NCBI GenBank assembly: GCA_965221165.1
Contig: CBDCRP010000002.1
Coordinates: forward strand, 1,312,001-1,376,000
Direction: 5' to 3'
Origin: a bacterium
GTDB lineage: Bacteria > UBA8248
DNA: 64,000 bases
Numbering within the stretch: the first letter of the stretch is position 1; each line of letters begins with the position of its first letter. A program made the position numbers and the translations under genes. A model generated the notes under the pieces. The model was not told where the DNA came from. It made no database searches and saw nothing but the letters and a program-made list of their open reading frames with translations. Positions 57,930-64,000 of the stretch are shown here, in pieces.

Positions 57930-59852
57930 ATGCAGGATAAAGCCGAGGGAATAGGGTCTCAACAAAGGAATCTCTCCGGGCCTCTGGCGAAAATCGTATT
58001 CGCCTTCGGGGCGCTGAGCACCGCCTTTCACCTTTACGTTCTCATGGTCCGGCCGATTCAGCCCTGGCTGCTCCGGTCTTTTCACTTGACGGCTGCCGCC
58101 ATTCTCGTTTTTATTCTCATCCCCTGGAAAGCGGAGAAGAAAAACGAAGGTCCCGGCCCCGCCGATTTTCTTCTTATTTTTCTGATCATTACGACGACCC
58201 TGTACCTGATCGTCGACTTCGACAGAATCCTCTACCGGGTCGGCGTCGACCCCAATGGCTACGACGTTCTTTTCGCCACCCTCACGTTTCTCATCATCCT
58301 GGAAATGGGACGCCGGTTGCAGGGATACGTGCTTCCCATTCTCGCCCTTATCTGCCTGGCTTACGCGCTGTGGGGGGACTATCTTCCGGGCTTGTGGGGG
58401 CACAGGGGCTATCCGTTTCCGCGCGTCGTCACGTATCTCTACAGCCTGGAAGGAATTTTCGGGCCTCCGCTGGCGGCCTCGTCCACCTTCATCATCCTCT
58501 TCATCCTCTTCGGCGCCGCCCTTCAGCGCTCGGGCGCGGGCCGGCTCTTCATCGATACGTCTTTGGCCATCGCCGGCGGCGCAAGAGGCGGGCCGGCCAA
58601 GGTGGCGGTTTTCGCCAGCAGTCTTTTCGGCACCATGTCGGGCAGTTCGGTGACGAACGTGGTGACGACAGGCACGTTCACCATCCCGTTGATGAAGAAC
58701 ATCGGTTATCGGCCCGCCTTCGCGGGGGCCGTCGAAACCGTCGCTTCCACCGGAGGGCAACTCATGCCCCCCGTCATGGGAGTCACGGCGTTCGTGATGG
58801 CGGAGGTGACCGGCATCCCCTATCTCAAAATCGCCGCGGCGGGCCTCATACCCGCCATTCTCTTCTACGTGGCGGTCTACTTCATGATCGGCGTCGAAGC
58901 CAGAAACTTGGGACTCAGCGGCCTGCCCAAGAGCGATCTTCCGCGTCTGGGAAACGTCCTGCGCTTAAACGGCCATCTTCTTCTGCCCATATTCGTCCTC
59001 ATCTACTTCCTGGTCTACGTGCGGGTCTCGCCGATGAAGTCGGCCTTTTACGCCGTTTTTGCGGCCGTAATTGCGAGCTGGTTCCGGCAAGAGACGCGCA
59101 TGGGGGCGAAAAGGGTGGCCGAGGCGCTCTACCGGACGATGGAAGGCGTCATCCACGTGGCGACTCCCAGCGCGCTGGCGGGCGTGGTCGTGGGCGTCTT
59201 GTCTCTCACGGGGCTGGGGCTCAAGGTCACGGATTTGTTGCTCTCCTACGTGGGGGACAGTAAATTTCTGGGGCTTCTCGCCGTCATGCTGGTCTCCATC
59301 GTCCTGGGTATGGGCGTGCCCACCGTCGCCGCCTACCTCGTCGCCGCGGCCGCCGCCGGCCCCGCTCTCGTGAAACTGGGGGTCCCGCTCTTAAGCGCCC
59401 ACATGTTCATTTTCTACTACGCCGTGCTGGCCACGATGACGCCGCCCGTCGCGGCTTCCGCCTTCGCCGCGGGCGCGCTCGCAGGAGCCCATCCCATGCA
59501 GGTCGGCTTCATGGCGGTGCGGCTCGGAATCGCCGCCTACATCGTCCCGTTCCTGTTCGTCTATGGGGATTCCCTCTTGATGCAAGGCTCCTGGGCGGAA
59601 ATCGGCGCCTCGGTGGCCACCGCCCTTTTCGGCATGTACGCCCTGGCGAGGTGCGTCATCGATCGTGGAATCCGCCTGTGGCGCAGAGGCTTGTTGGGGG
59701 CGGCGGCCCTGCTGCTGATCCTCACCGGCGGTCTGACGGATTTACTCGGCCTCATCGTGCTTGGCGTGGGCGTGAGTGGTGACCTTCTCTCCATGTACCA
59801 AAGGATTCGTGGTGGGAAGCAAAAAGAAGATTCGCTTCAAAAGAGTCCATGA
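57930..59852 (+). CDS. TRAP/TAXI transporter fused 4TM/12TM permease
   Basis: GGPAKVAV, SGSSVTNVVTTGTFTIPLM, STGGQLMPPVMG, LGMGVPT, TPPVA. Confidence 0.92.
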   Translation: MQDKAEGIGSQQRNLSGPLAKIVFAFGALSTAFHLYVLMVRPIQPWLLRSFHLTAAAILVFILIPWKAEKKNEGPGPADFLLIFLIITTTLYLIVDFDRILYRVGVDPNGYDVLFATLTFLIILEMGRRLQGYVLPILALICLAYALWGDYLPGLWGHRGYPFPRVVTYLYSLEGIFGPPLAASSTFIILFILFGAALQRSGAGRLFIDTSLAIAGGARGGPAKVAVFASSLFGTMSGSSVTNVVTTGTFTIPLMKNIGYRPAFAGAVETVASTGGQLMPPVMGVTAFVMAEVTGIPYLKIAAAGLIPAILFYVAVYFMIGVEARNLGLSGLPKSDLPRLGNVLRLNGHLLLPIFVLIYFLVYVRVSPMKSAFYAVFAAVIASWFRQETRMGAKRVAEALYRTMEGVIHVATPSALAGVVVGVLSLTGLGLKVTDLLLSYVGDSKFLGLLAVMLVSIVLGMGVPTVAAYLVAAAAAGPALVKLGVPLLSAHMFIFYYAVLATMTPPVAASAFAAGALAGAHPMQVGFMAVRLGIAAYIVPFLFVYGDSLLMQGSWAEIGASVATALFGMYALARCVIDRGIRLWRRGLLGAAALLLILTGGLTDLLGLIVLGVGVSGDLLSMYQRIRGGKQKEDSLQKSP

Positions 59853-59909
59853 ACGTGGATATTTCCGTGAACATTGCAGTCTACACATCTCATCCAGAGG
59901 AGAAAGACC

Positions 59910-60914
59910 ATGAATTTCCCCGGCAAGCAGATTAAACACATGGTTATTGCGATCATCGCCGTGTTCGTTCTCGGCGTCCTCCAATCGGCTCCCGCAGAGG
60001 GCGCCAGAAAAGACTGGCCCAAGCGCATCACCATCGGCGGCGGGCCGCTCCAGGGAACCATCCAGTTTCAGGCGTTGGGCTGGTCCAGCGTGCTGAACAA
60101 GGTCTTGAAGCTCAATTCCTCGGTGGAATCGACCGCGGGCGCAACGGTGAACGCCAGACTCATCAGCCAGGGCAGACAGGACTTCGGCTTCGGCACGAGC
60201 TCCAGCATCTCGGACGCCGCTTATTTCGGAAGAGGGTTCGCCAAGGGTGTTCGCTACAAGAACCTTCGCATCATGTCGCCGGTGGACAGTTCCGGCGTCC
60301 AGTTCTGGACCCCGGCGAAAAGCCCCATCATGAAAGCCGAGGACATCGCCGGCAGACGCCTCAACATCAGCCGTCCGGGAAGCGGCGTGGATCGCTTCGG
60401 CCGCAATCTCATGAAGGTGGTCGGCCTCAAGCCCAGCCAGGTGACCAACGTGGGCCACGGCCAGGCGAACCGGATGATGCAGGACGGCATTCTGGACGTC
60501 GCCGCCACGATAGGCGCGCCGCCTCATCCCGCCGTCGCCTCCATCACCTCCCAACTGCCTTTCCGCGTGTTCGGGCTCGGGCACGGGAAGTGGGCGGAAA
60601 TGATGCTGGCGAAATACCCGTTTTACGTGAAAACCGCGATCGTCGGCGGCATGTACAAGGGAAATCCAAAGCCCGTCCAGACCATCGGGCAAACGAACTG
60701 GCTCGGGTCGGGCGCGCACGTGCCGAACGACCTCGTCTACGAGGTGGTGAAGGCGACTTTCGCCAACAAGAAGGATTTGGTTCTCGCCCACAGATCCTGG
60801 GAATCCCTGGACATCAACAAGATGACGAAGGCGAACATTCCCGTACATCCCGGCGCGGCTCGATACTACAAGGAAAAAGGCATCAAACTACCCAAGGCGG
60901 CCATGGCGAAGTAA
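59910..60914 (+). CDS. TAXI family TRAP substrate-binding protein
   Basis: Signal peptide, ESTAGATVN, PVHPGAARYYKEKG. Confidence 0.9.
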   Translation: MNFPGKQIKHMVIAIIAVFVLGVLQSAPAEGARKDWPKRITIGGGPLQGTIQFQALGWSSVLNKVLKLNSSVESTAGATVNARLISQGRQDFGFGTSSSISDAAYFGRGFAKGVRYKNLRIMSPVDSSGVQFWTPAKSPIMKAEDIAGRRLNISRPGSGVDRFGRNLMKVVGLKPSQVTNVGHGQANRMMQDGILDVAATIGAPPHPAVASITSQLPFRVFGLGHGKWAEMMLAKYPFYVKTAIVGGMYKGNPKPVQTIGQTNWLGSGAHVPNDLVYEVVKATFANKKDLVLAHRSWESLDINKMTKANIPVHPGAARYYKEKGIKLPKAAMAK

Positions 60915-61018
60915 AGGATTATTTTCGGGTGATTAACGAGCGGCCCCGTCGAACAATTTTCGGGCCGCTTGAATGAAAACCGTTGCGATGCCGAGCGCTG
61001 AATCGGGCATCCCTGGAC

Positions 61019-63253
61019 ATGGACGCAAGCGCTTGCGTCGGAAAGGCAAGGAACGTGCGCCTCCCGGATTGGACGATACAGACCTGGACGGATGAATTGG
61101 GCTTCGCCGAAGTGGAACCGAGTGCCGACGACGCGGTGGCCGGGGAACTCGGAACATGGCGAATCCGCTACAAGGTGGGCCGCTGGGGCATCGATGAGCG
61201 CGGCTCCATCAAGGTCGCCTTCCGGCAGGTCAGCAACTGGGGGGCGCCGCAATTTGGCGACCCGAAAGGAGAAAACTACACCACTGTCAGGCTCGACTCC
61301 CATTCCGAAGCGGTGCTCGCCCCCAGATTCGAAAGACGCGGGTATATCCGGCACTGGCGGCAGGCCCTGACCATCGACGTTCTGGATGGATGTCTCTGGG
61401 AGGGCGACAGCATCGAGGTCACCCTCGGCGATACGAGTGGGGGCGGCCCGGGACTGCGCGCGCAGACTTTCTGCGAGAGCAATTTCGAGTTCAAGATGTT
61501 CGTCGATCCCTTCGGCGCGGGAAATTTTCAGCCCCTGCCCGGTTCGCCGACGCTCAAGATCAAGGGGGGGCCGCCAAGTCGCCTGGTCGCGATCATGACT
61601 TCCGAGGCCGCCGTCGGCGAAAAAGGATGGCTGCTGGTCAAGGCGGAGGATAGACACGGCAACATTGCGGAGAACTGCTCCGAGGAAATTTCGCTTTCAG
61701 CCGTGGGCGCGGATTTGGGCCTTCCCGAGAGTTTGCGTTTCGATGGAGACGGGGTTGCGCTGCTGAGAACGGAAGAAATTTCTTTTGAAAACGAGGGCGT
61801 GGCCCGCGTGCGCGTCCGGGACGGGGCGGGACGCGAAGCGCTCAGCAACCCCGTCGTGGTGCGCGAGCAGATAGAGGGCCCCCGCCTCCATTGGGGGGAC
61901 TTTCACGGGGGCCAGACCGCCGGCACGGTGGGCGTCAACAGTTTCGAGGAATTCTACCGGTTCGCCCGGGACGCGGGCGCGCTCGAATTCACCACCCATC
62001 AGGGAAACTGCTTCGAGGTGACGAGCCAGGACATGGAAGAGTTGAAAGAGCAGACCCGCGCCTTCCACGAGCCGGGCCGCTTCGTCCCGTTCCTCGGCTA
62101 TGAGTGGTCGGGCACCACCCCGATGGGCGGGGATCACGCCATATTCTTCTTCGATGAGGACGCCGCGATTCACCGCTGCTCTCATTGGCTGCAAACCGAC
62201 CTCTCAGACGCCGATACCGATCGGGATCACATCACGAAGCTCCATGCGCAACTCCGGGGCGCACAAGCGCTGAGCCTCCCCCACGTGGGCGGCCGGCCGG
62301 CCAACCTGGAATTTCACGACCCGGAACTCGAGCCCGTTATCGAGATTCACTCGAAACACGGCATGTTCGAGTGGATGCTGGAGGAATCCATCGCGCGAAA
62401 CATGAAGGTGGGCTTCGTCGGGGGGAGTGATGATCACTACGGGCAGCCCGGCGCCTGTTATCCGAGCGAGGACGTCAGCCATTTCGCCGCCCGCAACGGC
62501 TTGACGGCGCTCTACGCCAACGAGCTGACGCGAGAATCCATCTGGGCCGACATCAAGGCGCGCCGCTGCTACGCCACGAGCGGCGAGCGGATTTATCTGC
62601 GCTTCACGGTGAACGACAGATGGATGGGGGAGGAAATCGATGCGACCGGAGCCCCCCGAATATCGGTCGAGGTCGTGGGCACGGGCCCGATCGAGCGAAT
62701 AGAGTTGTTTCGCGGAATGACGCGCATTCATTCCGAGCAAATCGCCCCGGATCGGGCGGGGAACCGGCTTCGGGTACTGTTCTCAGGAGCCCGGGTGCGC
62801 GGACGGGGGCGATCCACCCTATGGGACGGCCGGCTGTCCTTAAGCGAAGCGCGCATCCTCGCGTCCGAACCCGTCGCGTTCGTTGAAAATCGTGATCGCT
62901 TTCTCGAAAGCACGGAATCCGGAATCTCGTGGAGCCTCTACACCGCGGGAGATTCCAGGGGGTTCAACCTCGAATTGGGCGGCGATGCAGGCGAAATGGA
63001 AATCCAGACGAAACACGCAGGCCTACATGGAAAGATCCGAGATTTTCTCGAAAAAACAGCTCTGGTGGACGCCGGAAGACTCGGCCAGCGCATAGAAGTC
63101 GGAAAAGCCCCGGCGATGGGCGGCCCCTGGGAGGCTCGCTTCGAGTATATGGACGACGATGCGCCTTCCGGGCTGAACACGTACTGGGTTCGGGTGGTTC
63201 AGGTCAATCAGGAAAAAGCCTGGAGCAGTCCCGTTTGGGTCAATCTGGAATAA
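61019..63253 (+). CDS. DUF3604-like / PHP-fold metallohydrolase
   Basis: WGDFHG, HQGN, LGYEWSG..GGDH, PHVGG, EIHSKHG, GSDDHYGQPG, RRCYATSG, AWSSPVWV. Start uncertain. Confidence 0.75.
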   Translation: MDASACVGKARNVRLPDWTIQTWTDELGFAEVEPSADDAVAGELGTWRIRYKVGRWGIDERGSIKVAFRQVSNWGAPQFGDPKGENYTTVRLDSHSEAVLAPRFERRGYIRHWRQALTIDVLDGCLWEGDSIEVTLGDTSGGGPGLRAQTFCESNFEFKMFVDPFGAGNFQPLPGSPTLKIKGGPPSRLVAIMTSEAAVGEKGWLLVKAEDRHGNIAENCSEEISLSAVGADLGLPESLRFDGDGVALLRTEEISFENEGVARVRVRDGAGREALSNPVVVREQIEGPRLHWGDFHGGQTAGTVGVNSFEEFYRFARDAGALEFTTHQGNCFEVTSQDMEELKEQTRAFHEPGRFVPFLGYEWSGTTPMGGDHAIFFFDEDAAIHRCSHWLQTDLSDADTDRDHITKLHAQLRGAQALSLPHVGGRPANLEFHDPELEPVIEIHSKHGMFEWMLEESIARNMKVGFVGGSDDHYGQPGACYPSEDVSHFAARNGLTALYANELTRESIWADIKARRCYATSGERIYLRFTVNDRWMGEEIDATGAPRISVEVVGTGPIERIELFRGMTRIHSEQIAPDRAGNRLRVLFSGARVRGRGRSTLWDGRLSLSEARILASEPVAFVENRDRFLESTESGISWSLYTAGDSRGFNLELGGDAGEMEIQTKHAGLHGKIRDFLEKTALVDAGRLGQRIEVGKAPAMGGPWEARFEYMDDDAPSGLNTYWVRVVQVNQEKAWSSPVWVNLE

Positions 63254-63366
63254 AGAGGAGCTATCTCAAGATATCGCCGACCTGAAGAACGTAGGCGGTG
63301 AATCGGTCGGCATTATTTACCACTCCCATGTATTCCGTGGTTCAGGAATTCCGCGAGGAGAATAAA

Positions 63367-64000
63367 ATGTGCACGATAGGCGCCGTTGCGACATCCGACT
63401 CAAAAGGAAACCCCGTTGCCTTTGCGCTGAAAAACTCGGACTACATGCAGGTCGGCCACTGGCATGGCTGCATTACGGGAGGATGCGGCCATGACTTCAT
63501 GGGCTTCAACACGTCATCAAGACCCGGTGTGAATTCGGGCATGAACGAAAAAGGCCTGGCCGTCATCCGCTCGTTTCTGGACTACCGGGGGCCTTTCGAG
63601 GAAAAAGACGAACCCGTGAAAGAACAAAAGGACTTCCCGCTGGACGTCGACCGCCGGAGCGCCATCGCCGCAGGCCTCCTGGAAATCTACGGAACCGTCG
63701 ATGAGACCCTTCCCTATCTGCATGACGTTCTCCCCAGGCACACCGGGAAAGGCACCGGGCAACGCGGCGGTAACTTCCTCTTAGCCGACGCGACGGGCAA
63801 GGTCGCCGTCCTGGAGCACTGCGAGGACAGAATCGAATCCCGGATCTACGCGGAAGGCTACTCGGCGCGCGGGAACAACGGCCGCCTCATCCTGCGGGAA
63901 GAGCAGGCCCGGCTGCCCGAGCACGTGCGCGAGGATCGGGAGACGCGCTGCGAATACATGCAGAACAGCTTACAAGTGCTCCATGAATCCGTCCCCCAGG
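63367..64000 (+). CDS. N-terminal nucleophile (Cys) hydrolase, C45/AAT-like; runs off the right edge
   Basis: Not in ORF track. MCTIGAV...FALKNSD...NSGMNEKGLAV...GGNFLLADATG; GAGGAG RBS. Confidence 0.78.
   Translation, partial: MCTIGAVATSDSKGNPVAFALKNSDYMQVGHWHGCITGGCGHDFMGFNTSSRPGVNSGMNEKGLAVIRSFLDYRGPFEEKDEPVKEQKDFPLDVDRRSAIAAGLLEIYGTVDETLPYLHDVLPRHTGKGTGQRGGNFLLADATGKVAVLEHCEDRIESRIYAEGYSARGNNGRLILREEQARLPEHVREDRETRCEYMQNSLQVLHESVPQ

Noticed and set aside
1-64000. CRISPR array, tRNA, rRNA or prophage
   Set aside because: No regularly spaced repeats, cloverleaf or rRNA signatures, or phage genes seen by eye.

Overview
GC-rich bacterial window dominated by nutrient-scavenging modules: three TAXI-type TRAP systems, a tripartite tricarboxylate transporter, a Dpp/Opp-type ABC importer and a sodium:solute symporter, each next to catabolic enzymes of mostly unknown substrate. 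It also holds an rlmD-lexA-dinB block, uvrA and an AT-richer type II m4C restriction-modification pair. Two systems stand out. (1) A UGA-recoded UGSC-motif selenoprotein (40736-41293, split in two by the ORF track, with a SECIS-like hairpin) heads an apparent operon with an uncharacterised partner protein, an ABC importer, an M20 hydrolase and a class V PLP enzyme. (2) A divergent locus has an amidohydrolase-fold dinuclear-oxygenase-like protein, a Rieske ferredoxin, a dehydrogenase and a single-chain triple RidA on one strand, and two tandem paralogous small helical proteins plus a TAXI transporter on the other. Many intergenic spaces hold short gene scraps (IS1595, RAYT, TctC, IclR, DsrE, ankyrin, M24, HlyD). 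No rRNA, tRNA or CRISPR array was seen. All family assignments come from reading motifs by eye; no database search was run.
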